A stretch of DNA of 64,000 nucleotides, taken from positions 32,001-96,000 of the IMG/VR virus record IMGVR_UViG_3300042503_000209. One strand, given 5' to 3'. The position numbers and the translations under genes were made by a program. This document shows, piece by piece, positions 9,127 to 20,000 of the stretch. The notes under the pieces were generated by a model that was not told the DNA's origin, ran no database searches, and saw only the letters and a list, made by a program, of their open reading frames with translations. Numbering within the stretch: the first letter of the stretch is position 1; every line of letters starts with the position of its first letter. Source of the stretch: a virus.

Positions 9127-10738
9127 CTACTATTGGCTTAATGATGAAAGCCGCAAGTTCCTCTCAAGAGGTTACATTACAGAATCACCTGAACAAAGAA
9201 TTAAAGACATAGCTAGAACTGCTGAGAAGCATCTTAGTATTAATGGTTTTGCACAAAAGTTTGAAGACTATATGAGCCGTGGGTTCTACAGCTTATCTAC
9301 TCCAGTGTGGATTAACTTTGGTAAGCAGAAAGGTTTACCTATTAGCTGTTATGGATCTAACGTAGACGACAATCTAGACAGCATTCTTAACGCAGGTCGT
9401 GAGATTGGTATGATGTCTAAGTACGGTGGAGGTACTAGTGTATACCTGGGAAACATCCGGGCCCGGGGAACAGTAATTTCTACAGGAGGTACTGCAGATG
9501 GACCTGTACACTATGCACGTATATACGATACAGTGGTAGATGTTTGTAAACAGTCTGAAGCAAGACGTGGAGCATGTGCTGCATACTTACCAGTAGAGCA
9601 TCCAGACATCATGGAATTCTTAGATATTGGTACAGAAGGTAACCTTATCCAAAATCTTCAATATGGTGTGACAGTTGGTGACGCTTGGTTAGAAGAGATG
9701 AAAGCAGGGGACCCTGAAAAACGTAAGATCTGGGCAAAGATTATTCAGAGACGTAATGAGTTCGGCTTTCCTTACATCATGTTTAAAGATAACTCTAATA
9801 ATAACTCTCCTTATAAAGAGTTAGATATGGAGATTACAGCAAGTAATTTATGCTCTGAGATCCAGTTACCTACAGATAGTTACAACTCTTTTGTATGTTG
9901 TCTTGGATCTATAAATCTATTACACTGGGACGAAATTAAACAGACAGATGCTATTGAAACATACACTCTGTTTCTTAATGCAGTAATTGATGAGTTCATT
10001 ACTAAAGCTGCTACACTTCCCGGTATGTCTAGGGCCCACAGATTTGCTAAAAACCACAGAGCTATTGGTCTTGGTGTATTAGGATACCACTCTTATTTGC
10101 AATCTAAGCTTGTTGAATTTGAATCTATGCACGCTAAGATGTTAAACGTAGAAATCTTTAAAACTATTAAAGAAAGATCTGACAATACATCTAAGATGCT
10201 TCATGATGCTAAAGGAATAACATCCATTAGACCAGGTTACGCTAACACAACCTTAGTTGCTATAGCACCTACTAAGTCTAGTTCATTTATCCATGGACAA
10301 GTTAGTATGGGTATTGAGCCTATTAAGTCTAACTACTTTATTAAAGACTTAGCTAAAAGTAAGACCGTCTATAAGAACCCTTTCTTAGAAGAAGAGCTTG
10401 AGAAGCATGGTCTTAACACACCAGAGACTTGGGAAAGCATTCTAAAGAAAGACGGTTCGGTACAACACTTAGACTTCCCTACTAAAGCAGTATTTAAATC
10501 CTTTATAGAGATTAGTCCTAAAGAGATTATCATTCAAGCTGCTGCAAGACAGAAGTTTATTGATCAGTCTCAATCTTTGAACCTAATGATTCACCCTAGT
10601 ATTCCAGCTAAAGACATCAACCAGTTGTATCTATTTGCTCACGAGCAAGGTGTAAAGACACTATACTATCAGTTCAGTATAAGTAGTGCTCAATCATTTA
10701 CAAGAAACATCCTAGAATGTGCTAGCTGTGAGGGATAA
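9113..10738 (+). CDS. nrdA: ribonucleotide reductase alpha subunit (class I, no ATP cone)
   Basis: ISC, SNLCSEI, VCCLGSINL, APTKSSS, KTLYY, C-terminal CASCEG; ATG at 9113 overlaps the nrdB end. Confidence 0.93.
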   Translation: MTYSNYYWLNDESRKFLSRGYITESPEQRIKDIARTAEKHLSINGFAQKFEDYMSRGFYSLSTPVWINFGKQKGLPISCYGSNVDDNLDSILNAGREIGMMSKYGGGTSVYLGNIRARGTVISTGGTADGPVHYARIYDTVVDVCKQSEARRGACAAYLPVEHPDIMEFLDIGTEGNLIQNLQYGVTVGDAWLEEMKAGDPEKRKIWAKIIQRRNEFGFPYIMFKDNSNNNSPYKELDMEITASNLCSEIQLPTDSYNSFVCCLGSINLLHWDEIKQTDAIETYTLFLNAVIDEFITKAATLPGMSRAHRFAKNHRAIGLGVLGYHSYLQSKLVEFESMHAKMLNVEIFKTIKERSDNTSKMLHDAKGITSIRPGYANTTLVAIAPTKSSSFIHGQVSMGIEPIKSNYFIKDLAKSKTVYKNPFLEEELEKHGLNTPETWESILKKDGSVQHLDFPTKAVFKSFIEISPKEIIIQAAARQKFIDQSQSLNLMIHPSIPAKDINQLYLFAHEQGVKTLYYQFSISSAQSFTRNILECASCEG

Positions 10739-10769
10739 TTTAGTAACTTTATATAATTAAAAAACAATC

Positions 10770-11072
10770 ATGGAAAATTTCGATACACTTATTAATAACG
10801 TAGTAGGATGGGCAGCAGATAAAAACATCTTGAAGCCTGAGAACGCACCTAAGCAAATGCTTAAAGTGATGGAAGAAGTTGGTGAAACAGCCGGTGCACT
10901 AGCTAAGAACAAGCAAGAAGAGCTTAAAGATGGTATAGGTGACGCATTTGTCACTCTAATCATTCTAGCTAAGCAAGTAGGTATGGAACCTGCAGACTGT
11001 CTAGAAGCAGCTTGGAATGAGATTAAAAGCCGTACAGGTAAAACTGTTAACGGTGTATTTATTAAAGACTAG
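10770..11072 (+). CDS. MazG-like NTP pyrophosphohydrolase
   Basis: KVMEEVGE...DGIGD...CLEAAWNEIK.R.G motif. Confidence 0.85.
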   Translation: MENFDTLINNVVGWAADKNILKPENAPKQMLKVMEEVGETAGALAKNKQEELKDGIGDAFVTLIILAKQVGMEPADCLEAAWNEIKSRTGKTVNGVFIKD

Positions 11073-11075
11073 TAT

Positions 11076-11216
11076 ATGATTAAAACACATTTAGATGTAG
11101 AAGATCTCTATGTAAAAAGAATTGTTAAAAGAGCTGTTAGAAGACTTAGATGTAAAGGCATTAGATTAATAATGAGACAATCTAAAGAATCAGCACTCAA
11201 TATAGACTGGTTATGA
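11076..11216 (+). CDS. small basic hypothetical protein (46 aa; not in ORF track)
   Basis: MIKTHLDVEDLYVKRIVKRAVRRLRCKGIRLIMRQSKESALNIDWL*; ATGA overlap with the next gene. Confidence 0.5.
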   Translation: MIKTHLDVEDLYVKRIVKRAVRRLRCKGIRLIMRQSKESALNIDWL

Positions 11217-11653
11217 AAAAAGCATTATACCTAGATGATCAGCGTACACCTACTGATACTCTTCCTAATTACGAGCCTTGGTATGTAGTGAGAAACTATA
11301 ACGAGTTTGTAGACTGGATTAGTAAAAACGGTATGCCTGATTTTGTATCATTTGATCATGATCTAGCAGAAGAACATATAGAAGACTTCTTCAAACAAAA
11401 ATTATCACAGGGGTACCAGCATCCTAATTATGCAGAGTACACTGAGAAGACTGGTCTAGACTGTGCTAAATGGTTAGTAGATTATTGTCAAAGCAATAAC
11501 ATTCCTATATGTGGTTGTTCTGTACATAGTCATAATCCTGTAGGAGCTAGCAACATACATAGTTTGATCAACGGATTTAAAAAACACTTGGGCTTACCAG
11601 AAGATTGCTACATCGGTAAACACCCATTCACAGTAGAAACAAAAACCAAATAA
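11213..11653 (+). CDS. cyclic-phosphate-processing receiver-like (cREC) domain protein
   Basis: LYLDD.R.P, VRNY.EF, SFDHDL, TGLDCAKWL, VHS.NPVG motifs. Confidence 0.75.
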   Translation: MKKALYLDDQRTPTDTLPNYEPWYVVRNYNEFVDWISKNGMPDFVSFDHDLAEEHIEDFFKQKLSQGYQHPNYAEYTEKTGLDCAKWLVDYCQSNNIPICGCSVHSHNPVGASNIHSLINGFKKHLGLPEDCYIGKHPFTVETKTK

Positions 11654-11656
11654 TAT

Positions 11657-11824
11657 ATGAAGAAGTACGGAGTTGAATTTCATTTCTTTAGTCCATCAAG
11701 AATATGTCTTGGACTAGAGTTCTTACAAGGAATTATACATGAAGAGTCAGGAGACAGCTATTACAAAGAGTTAGTAATAGGTTTCTTTTTCTTTCATATA
11801 GAAATCACCCTTAGACAACAATAA
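11657..11824 (+). CDS. small hypothetical protein (55 aa; not in ORF track)
   Basis: MKKYGVEFHFFSPSRICLGLEF...IGFFFFHIEITLRQQ*; ends just before the terminator. Confidence 0.55.
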   Translation: MKKYGVEFHFFSPSRICLGLEFLQGIIHEESGDSYYKELVIGFFFFHIEITLRQQ

Positions 11825-11827
11825 AAC

Positions 11828-11858
11828 AAAAGGAGAGGCTAATAACCTCTCCTTTTTT
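11828..11858. terminator. bidirectional terminator at convergence of the replication and virion blocks
   Basis: AAAAGGAGAGG-CTAATAA-CCTCTCCTTTTTT with A run before and T run after. Confidence 0.85.
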
Positions 11859-11862
11859 ATTT

Positions 11863-14800
11863 CTATCTGATATAGAAGTTTTTAACTGTTTCAAATGATT
11901 CCCATCTATTTAAAATATTCAATGCTGGTATAACGTCAGTCATTTCTTTAAATAGTTTCAACTCACCTTTGTTTACCCCACGCTCAAAGTAGTTATCATC
12001 ATATGGAGGAAACGGCATAGCAGCAGCTGTTGCTATTATTTGACCATAGTCTCGTAGAGTAGTTAAAGCAGCAAATGGATTTTTAGCAAGTTGATACTGT
12101 TCTAAAGTACCTAATCCAGGAATAAAAGTTAATATTTCATTCTGTTGACGAGTCTGCTGATAAGTTAAGAAATTAAGAAGACGTTTCATTTGTTCATCAT
12201 CATCATCCAATCCAGAAGCTAACATATTAAATAAGTAAGCAGCTACAGCAGAAGCCATAAAGAAGCCAAGTTCAGCAATATTCTTATGCATATTTCTTAC
12301 TTCTAACTCAGACATATTCTTATACGTCTTAGACCCTGGTACAAGTGCACCTAACATACCGCCTGTCTTAGCTAAGAAACCTTGTTCAGTTTGATAAACG
12401 TGTTTCATTACATTCCAGAATGTTCTGTAACGTCCTTCTATCACACCTAAGTTTTCATTATCATATCTCTTAGCAAATCTAGCTCTAAACAAAGGATAAA
12501 CCCACTTGTGAAACTGAGCTCCTAACTCACCTAACCAGTGAGACTGAATTACCATACGATCTTCCCACGCATAGTTACCATGTATTTGTTTGTTAACTTC
12601 ATAGATGTAATTAGTAACTCTGGTACGAAAAGCTTCATCTATATCAAAACCTGGCTTAAGAGTAAGTTCGTTAGTATTTTCATCAAAGTTAAAAGCATCA
12701 TAGATGCTCATCTTTTCACCAGTATTTTTATTAGTAAGCTCAAATTTACTACTCATTGTAACAGCAATACCTGTCTTGGACTGTACGTTAAATTCACCAG
12801 CTTCTTGAAACACGTAAGCTAATTGTAAAGCATCAACTTTTCCAGAAGTTTCTTGATACTTACGAATCATTCTAAAGTATTTAACTACTGCCTCATACTT
12901 AGAGTTAGGTTTATTTAAATTATAAAGACCATCTTTAGAACCCATACCTTTCATTAGACCAGGCATATAGTCTTTATTATACTCACCAGTAGCTCTAAAA
13001 TATGCAGGACGATCAAAATAAACACCGCCATAAGCTTCTATAGCATTGTTTATTCTACCCATTACATAGTTATTTACAGCACCGAATACGTTAAAACCTA
13101 TACCTTTTAATGATGTAATGTTTTGAAGCTTAGCTGCAACTTGAGCAAATGTACTATAGTCATACTGATCATTGTTGTAGTAGACCATTTTAAACCATTT
13201 CTTAAGACGCTTATTAGCTAATGACTCTCCTTCTTTTTGATATACAGCATCAGCATCACTGCCTTTTTTCAAAAACTTTTCACCAATGCTATTAGAAACA
13301 TAGTATTTTTTCTTTTCTACAATCTTAGATATAGCTAACAAAGAAGTTTCAATATCAGACATCTGCTCAAACTTTTCTGCCATCATTCTAAAAGCAATCA
13401 AGTTTTCTACAAGGTCAGTATTAATATCATTAAAATTAATCTTAGAGTTTTCTATAGCTAAAGAAAGCTGTAATTTTTTAAGCTCTTGCTCGTACACCTC
13501 ATTGCTAATACTTTTTTCTAGTACATAAGCATTCTTAAGATCTGATATTTTTTCGTTTATTGCGTTTATACGAGCTTCATTACGAGGATCATTAGTATAA
13601 AGAATAGGTAAGTTATCTACAGGTACACCATCGTCATCTGTTAATCTTTGTGTAGAATGCACTTTACCAGATATATCAAACCAACTTCTTAGAGACTTAG
13701 TTATAGCTGTAAAAATTGATGACCCGTTTCTTTTAGCAGTGTTAATATAATTATCTTTAACTCTAGCTACCTTACCTAACATTTTTTGCTGAACGTCAAT
13801 AGGAAGCTTTTCTAATGTAGCTTTCATCTCTTTATTAAAGACTTCATAGAAGTCCTTCTGAGCACGCTCTAAATCCGTAGTAGGATTCATAAGCTTTACA
13901 TAACGTTCATCCCGCATATCTACACCAGATAATGTAGTTTCTCTAGTCTCAACGTATTTACTCTTAACAAAGTAGCCTGTTTTTAATTCTGTACGACCTC
14001 TATAAGAACCATCTTTTTCAAATATAGTTCCCATGTATTCAATACGATCATAATACTTATCTCTAAACTTTCTATAAGCTTCATCTGTAACTGTAGATTT
14101 TTTAACCCATGATAGTATTCCACGTTTAGCAGAAGGACCATGAGGCATCTCATACATAGCACGCTCATTTATAAACTCACTAGAATATCTATGATACTCT
14201 CCACTAGTAATATTATTATTAGCATCTAGTTGTTCAGCTTCTCTAAACTTTCTTACTTTATCTTTACGTCTTTGAAGTTCAATATTATATAATACATCCT
14301 CACCTTTAGCATCTTCAAGATTTTCAATAAGAATGTATTCCATCTTTTCTCCCTTATCATCTCTTAAAAGACCGTAAATTTCTTTTTTAAGATCATAATA
14401 CTTTTGACCTATAGCTTGTAAATATCTACCACTAAAGTTGCCGTCTTTGTCGTAGTTAAGCATGAATGAAAAGTCAATCTTACCTCCAAAAGCTGCAGCT
14501 AATTTATTACCTATAGATTTAATCTTGATTATAAATTCATCTGTACGGTTCATAGCTTTTTGATTAGCTTCCGTATATAGATTAGCTGCTATAGCTAAGA
14601 GTCTTTCTTTACTATTCTGAAGATCACCTAAAGCATATTGATCTAAACTAATATCAAAACCTTCTTTAAGGATCTTGGTAAGTTCTTCTTCTGTTAGAGA
14701 AGCATTAGATTTTTTAGAAATCAAATCCTTAACATATGCTTCTAAAGCTGGATTGATTTCATCTTTTACAGCGTTAAGTAAACTTTGTACCTCACGCATA

Positions 14801-17019
14801 AGCTTTAACTGCTCTTGTGATCCTAATCCTAATTCAGGAACAGATGCAAGTCCTCTATAAGATTCAACGAATTTTTCAGCTTCTAATATTACGTCTATAT
14901 ATCCTGGATTACCAACCTTAGATGGATCAGTAATATACTTATACATACTTGATAACGTAGACTTAGTATAGTTAAGTAATCTACCAAATGAAATATCTGG
15001 TCTACCAGCATCTTTCATCTCAATAGAAGATAATAACTCAGAAACTTTATCAACGCTCTGCTCACGACTCTCTTCTGAAAAAGATTCAAATCTTCTAGAC
15101 TTAGCTAGATCTTTTAAATATATCTCACGTTGGCGTAGCTTATCTACAAAGGTTTTAATAGTTGCTTGAAGCTTATCTAACATATCTCCAGGAATATCCT
15201 CTTCAGGCATTTCTTCCTCAGCTGTTAAAAAGTCTTCATCATTAGCAGGGTTATTTAAACCTAAAGCTTTCTTGTATCCTTTAACTTTACTTCTACCACC
15301 TTTAGTCTTAACAATCTGATCTACAAAAGATACGTTAGCACTTGGTTGGTGAGTTTGTATACCTTCCCACTCAAAGTCTGTAACTTTTTGTTCTTTACCC
15401 AAACCTTCTATAGACAACTTAATATGAAGAGTTTGAATTCCCTTAACAGGAAATCCGTTAACTTCAGCAAGTCTTTTGTAAGTAGCAACTTGTATACCAT
15501 GCTGTTGCTGTGTAGTTAGAGGTCCTTCCAGTACTGACTCTTCCCCTACTGGAAACTTTTTGTTACGATAGTTATCACTCTTATAACTGTTCTTAGAAAC
15601 CTTTAGATCTGTAATAAATATATCACCGTTAGGTTTAACAATAAATATATCTAGAGATCCTGCTATACCACTTTGTGCATCAGACAAAACTACTTGTGGT
15701 AGTATAATAGAGCCATCTGACATTACACCAATAAAATATCCCTGTAAAGCATCATAAGCTCTTCTTGAGATATCTTCTGATATAATACCACTCATACTCT
15801 GTTTAGCCTGATCAAAAGTTTTACCTTCAATAATGTCTTGAAGAGTCTGATCAAATTGAGATCCAAACAAACGGTTAAGTTCAAACATCCCTTCTGGATC
15901 ATCAAGCTTACCTTTGATAGCTGTAGTTACAGACTTATATGTTTGACCTGTACTTGTATGTACATACACGTGATTTTTTTCTTCTAGAATTACACGTCCT
16001 GGGTCTTCTTGACCAGCTTTAGGTTCAAAATAGATATCATCTACTATACGCTTCTGAAGATCGTTTCCTAATTGTCTAATACGATTCTTAAAAGTTCTAG
16101 TACGTTCATCTAACTGATACAATGGTTTAACTGATACCGGCATACCAGTAAGATCTATCTTACTTTCAGACAAGCTAATCATATCAGCAATGTCTTGTAA
16201 GTTATAGTTTAGTTCTAAATCAGATATCTTAATACTAAACACTTTATTAAACATTCTACGTAACCAGTTTTTAAACTGGGTCATCATAGAAAGTCTCACT
16301 CTACTAACTTGACTATCTTCTATATTACCAGCATCGGTCATATTACCTGCAGCTAGTTTACCAAGATAGCTAATCAAAGCTTCATCCATTTGATCTTCTT
16401 CAGATAGATTACTATATCCTTCTGTAGCTTTAACATTCTCAATCTCAGATAATCCTTCCTCTATAGACTGAAGCTCTTTCATTAGCTTATCATATAAAGA
16501 CTTATTATCTGTCTTTAGTACACTGATGAATGGATGTAGATACTCATGAAACGGAGTATCTTTAGTTATCTCTTTAGCAGAGTTAATATACACCTTACCG
16601 TTTTGAAACTTAGCTTTCCATTCAGAATTAGGTTCATTAACTACTTGATAATCAACACCAAATCTTTCTTTAAGTCTATCAAGCATCTTGGTAGCTGTTT
16701 CAATATCTACAGGCACTTGAGGTATTACAGCTGTAGGAGTTTCTACTACTGGTTCAGATCCTAAAAACTTTCTAACTGAACTTATAAACGGCTCGTTATT
16801 ACTATCTACTAAACCTTTAGCTTCCCCAGCTTCAAAGTCTCCAAAGTAGGATTTAAAAGACGGGGTGTATGCAAGTAGATACATATCTACAGCTAACTCT
16901 TGATCTTTAGCTACTTCTGGTAATGATATAATATCATTGTATAGTCTAGACTCCTCACCGTTAGGAGCTTTAACTGCTACAACTTTACCTTCATCATTTC
17001 TAAATATTTTACAAGCCAT
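11863..17019 (-). CDS. large virion cargo protein with zincin (HEYLH) and PD-(D/E)XK nuclease domains
   Basis: HEYLH at 16534-16548; GIAGSLD...ITDLK...QVATY nuclease motif; long helical C-terminal region; adjacent to the vRNAP gene as in crAss-like phages. Confidence 0.75.
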   Translation of the reverse strand: MACKIFRNDEGKVVAVKAPNGEESRLYNDIISLPEVAKDQELAVDMYLLAYTPSFKSYFGDFEAGEAKGLVDSNNEPFISSVRKFLGSEPVVETPTAVIPQVPVDIETATKMLDRLKERFGVDYQVVNEPNSEWKAKFQNGKVYINSAKEITKDTPFHEYLHPFISVLKTDNKSLYDKLMKELQSIEEGLSEIENVKATEGYSNLSEEDQMDEALISYLGKLAAGNMTDAGNIEDSQVSRVRLSMMTQFKNWLRRMFNKVFSIKISDLELNYNLQDIADMISLSESKIDLTGMPVSVKPLYQLDERTRTFKNRIRQLGNDLQKRIVDDIYFEPKAGQEDPGRVILEEKNHVYVHTSTGQTYKSVTTAIKGKLDDPEGMFELNRLFGSQFDQTLQDIIEGKTFDQAKQSMSGIISEDISRRAYDALQGYFIGVMSDGSIILPQVVLSDAQSGIAGSLDIFIVKPNGDIFITDLKVSKNSYKSDNYRNKKFPVGEESVLEGPLTTQQQHGIQVATYKRLAEVNGFPVKGIQTLHIKLSIEGLGKEQKVTDFEWEGIQTHQPSANVSFVDQIVKTKGGRSKVKGYKKALGLNNPANDEDFLTAEEEMPEEDIPGDMLDKLQATIKTFVDKLRQREIYLKDLAKSRRFESFSEESREQSVDKVSELLSSIEMKDAGRPDISFGRLLNYTKSTLSSMYKYITDPSKVGNPGYIDVILEAEKFVESYRGLASVPELGLGSQEQLKLMREVQSLLNAVKDEINPALEAYVKDLISKKSNASLTEEELTKILKEGFDISLDQYALGDLQNSKERLLAIAANLYTEANQKAMNRTDEFIIKIKSIGNKLAAAFGGKIDFSFMLNYDKDGNFSGRYLQAIGQKYYDLKKEIYGLLRDDKGEKMEYILIENLEDAKGEDVLYNIELQRRKDKVRKFREAEQLDANNNITSGEYHRYSSEFINERAMYEMPHGPSAKRGILSWVKKSTVTDEAYRKFRDKYYDRIEYMGTIFEKDGSYRGRTELKTGYFVKSKYVETRETTLSGVDMRDERYVKLMNPTTDLERAQKDFYEVFNKEMKATLEKLPIDVQQKMLGKVARVKDNYINTAKRNGSSIFTAITKSLRSWFDISGKVHSTQRLTDDDGVPVDNLPILYTNDPRNEARINAINEKISDLKNAYVLEKSISNEVYEQELKKLQLSLAIENSKINFNDINTDLVENLIAFRMMAEKFEQMSDIETSLLAISKIVEKKKYYVSNSIGEKFLKKGSDADAVYQKEGESLANKRLKKWFKMVYYNNDQYDYSTFAQVAAKLQNITSLKGIGFNVFGAVNNYVMGRINNAIEAYGGVYFDRPAYFRATGEYNKDYMPGLMKGMGSKDGLYNLNKPNSKYEAVVKYFRMIRKYQETSGKVDALQLAYVFQEAGEFNVQSKTGIAVTMSSKFELTNKNTGEKMSIYDAFNFDENTNELTLKPGFDIDEAFRTRVTNYIYEVNKQIHGNYAWEDRMVIQSHWLGELGAQFHKWVYPLFRARFAKRYDNENLGVIEGRYRTFWNVMKHVYQTEQGFLAKTGGMLGALVPGSKTYKNMSELEVRNMHKNIAELGFFMASAVAAYLFNMLASGLDDDDEQMKRLLNFLTYQQTRQQNEILTFIPGLGTLEQYQLAKNPFAALTTLRDYGQIIATAAAMPFPPYDDNYFERGVNKGELKLFKEMTDVIPALNILNRWESFETVKNFYIR

Positions 17020-17044
17020 GTGTTATGTGTATATAAATTAATAA

Positions 17045-20000
17045 TTATTCTCCTTTACAACCAGCGTCATCTTCTTTTTTACGTTCCTGTAGTTCACTTC
17101 TTTTAGCAGCTAGAAGCTTCTGTAAGTTCTTCTTAGCTTCTTCTGGGTCTATGTCAGTTGGTACAGGATTGGTAAAGTTAGGCATTTCTCCCTCAGATTC
17201 ATCAGTAGCTTTAAAAGTATTTTTCATAGCTTTTGGTGAAACAGGCTGCTCTTGACGAGTCTCTTTTAGAACACGCAATAGCTCAGCTGGTTCAGTAATC
17301 TCAGTGTCATACTTAACATCTTTACCGTTTTCTTTTTTATAGAAGGTAAGTTTATTACCTACTATCTGGAAGGTAATTCCCCAATCTTCTTGCAGATCTC
17401 TAGCTTCAGTACTAAATCTTAAAGGATCAAAGTTTCCGATAATATTATCTAGTTCAATTTCTGCTTTAGCTAAAGCTGCTTCAGAAAGATTAAACTTATT
17501 ATTATTAGAAGCTTTTCTATTTCTAAGTACCAAGTTAGTAGGCATCTCACCTGTAAGTCCACCAACCTTCCATTGTTTTCTAGAACCAGTAGGCTCAAAT
17601 TTCTCATATACAGCTGTGTTGCTTAGTGCTATAGTATCACCTACATTTTTAATAAATGACCCAACACCTTCTATAGGAGTAGATTGAGTTACTACTTCTT
17701 CTAATCTCTTAAGCTCAGCGTTTAAGTATTCCCAAGTTCTTGGAGCTTTTTCAGCAAGCTTAGCTAAACCTACACCAATTGGAGGCACAGTTAACTTGTT
17801 ATACTTACCAGTGTTCCATACTGCTATAATAGCATCTATGTCTTGAGTAATTATACGTGCATTTTCTTCAAAATCAGCATCAGATTTGAAAGCAGAATCA
17901 TCCATGTTAGGAGCTTTCTTAGTAGAAATACCCATAGCATTAGGCTCACCTCTCATCTCTTTAGCTTGCCCACCTAAACCTTTTCTTGTATCATTATCAC
18001 CAAATACATATAGTGTACCTGGATTTTTCTGAAGATCTTCTCTTTTAAGAATCTTTGTAGTTCTTGAAAAAGCTGTAGCAGTGCTTACCTTCTTAGCTAC
18101 ACTTCTAAGTTTATAATATGTAGCTTTTTCATTTACACCTTTTTCACCTGTAAGTATCTTAACTGTATAAGGTAGTTCAATATAGTATCTATTGTTACCT
18201 TGTTCATCAGGACGATTAGTAAGTTTAAAACCATTAGCTTTTAAAACTTCTTTATTATAGTTTAACTTATCTAAATCCTTTTGCTCAAACTTACCTTTTT
18301 CAAGTACTTCAGTATAAAATTCATTACCAAACTCATCAATCAACAACATGAGTTCAGGTTTACGAACTCCACCAAACAAGTCAATAGCTAGTATAGTTTC
18401 ATCTTCAGACTGCATTATAACTTCAGGTACATATCCTTTAGGTTTATTTTTTTCAGCCTGTGCATTTACTTTCTTACCAGCAAATACTCTTGTTATATTG
18501 AATGTATTATTAATGTTAGTAGTGTACAAAGAAGTAAACTCATTAAACATTTCTGGAGCTGTAGAACCAAATATTTCTTTGTACTTTTCAGTGTTACCAA
18601 CTAAAGAGTCTTCCTTAAGAAGTTGATGAGCTGCCCCTGTAGAATCTAACAACTCTTTAAACATTGCAGGTGGAATAAACTTAATAAAACTACCACTCTT
18701 AAACTGAGCACCATCTTTAACTATAAGATAGTTAAATAAATTGTAAGCTAAAGATCTAGTTTTTGGATTACTATATATCTCTAAGAAGCTATCTTCAATA
18801 CGATTTTGTTCGTGCTGCCCAAGCTTAGCCCATGTATTAGACTCTACAGTGTTAATACCACCTCTTGATTTAGCATTAAAGTATTCTTGACCTGAGTTAA
18901 CATCATATAGTTTTACAGGAACAATGTTTAAGAATTTATTAGCAAAGTAGTTTTTAGGAAGTTGTTGTCTGATAGATTTTACAGTATCAATAATATCCAT
19001 AAACTGATCTCCTCTAGCTACTGCTTCTGCATCATAGATCATTGAATTATCTAAACCGGCTAGCTTTGCACCTTTACCGTTTACTTTTAGATACTGCATG
19101 TAAGCTTTAATACCTAAATAAGAAATGATATCACGCTTTAGTGTAACGTTAAAGGTTTCTGCTTCTTTAGAATTAACTCTTAAATTTTTAAGAATAGTTT
19201 CTTTAAATCTCTGGAAGATATATGTCTTTTCCATAAAGATACTTTTCTGAAGATCTTGAATCTGATTCTTAATTCTTAAATAGTTAGCCGTAATATTATG
19301 ATGAGGTTTAGAAGCATCTTTACCTGTAAGCACTTGACGTAAATCAAATGGTAATTTACTTTCAGAGAATGTAGAGTCATCCATATTTAAACCAAGCATC
19401 TCTTCTTTCTCTTCAATAGCATCAATAGCTTCATTACTTGTACCTAAACCTTTAGATAACTTAAGTACTTGAGCTACAGCAGAATAGTAAGATGTTTGAT
19501 TATAGAAATTTAAGAATGAACTAAATATTGCAACATTAGCTTCTGGGTTAGAACCAGCAGACTTAATATTGTTTTCCAAAAGTTCTGTTGTAATTTCAGG
19601 TAAAGTAGAATCTTTTACTAATTCATTAGAAAGTTCTTCTAAAAGTTCCTCACCAACCTTAGCTTTTACTAAATCTTGTTCTTGAGGTGTTTTAATCTTC
19701 TTAGAAGCTACAGCGATACGCTTATAAAACTCACGAACAGAAGGTTGTAAGTTAAACATAAGTGCTGTTTCTAAAGGTACACCAAGTGCAACCATATTAG
19801 ATACTACACCTACAGCATTAATATTCAATCCAAGACGTGCAGCCAAACGTTCTTTGGCGTTATCCGTCATAGCTGATACTATAGCAGAAATGTGATAGAA
19901 TATACGCTCACCTGTGTATCCTTCAACCTCACTTACTGCACCACCATCACCAATTTCTGTACGTTTTTGGAAAGCTTTGTTATACTCATAACTATTAAAC

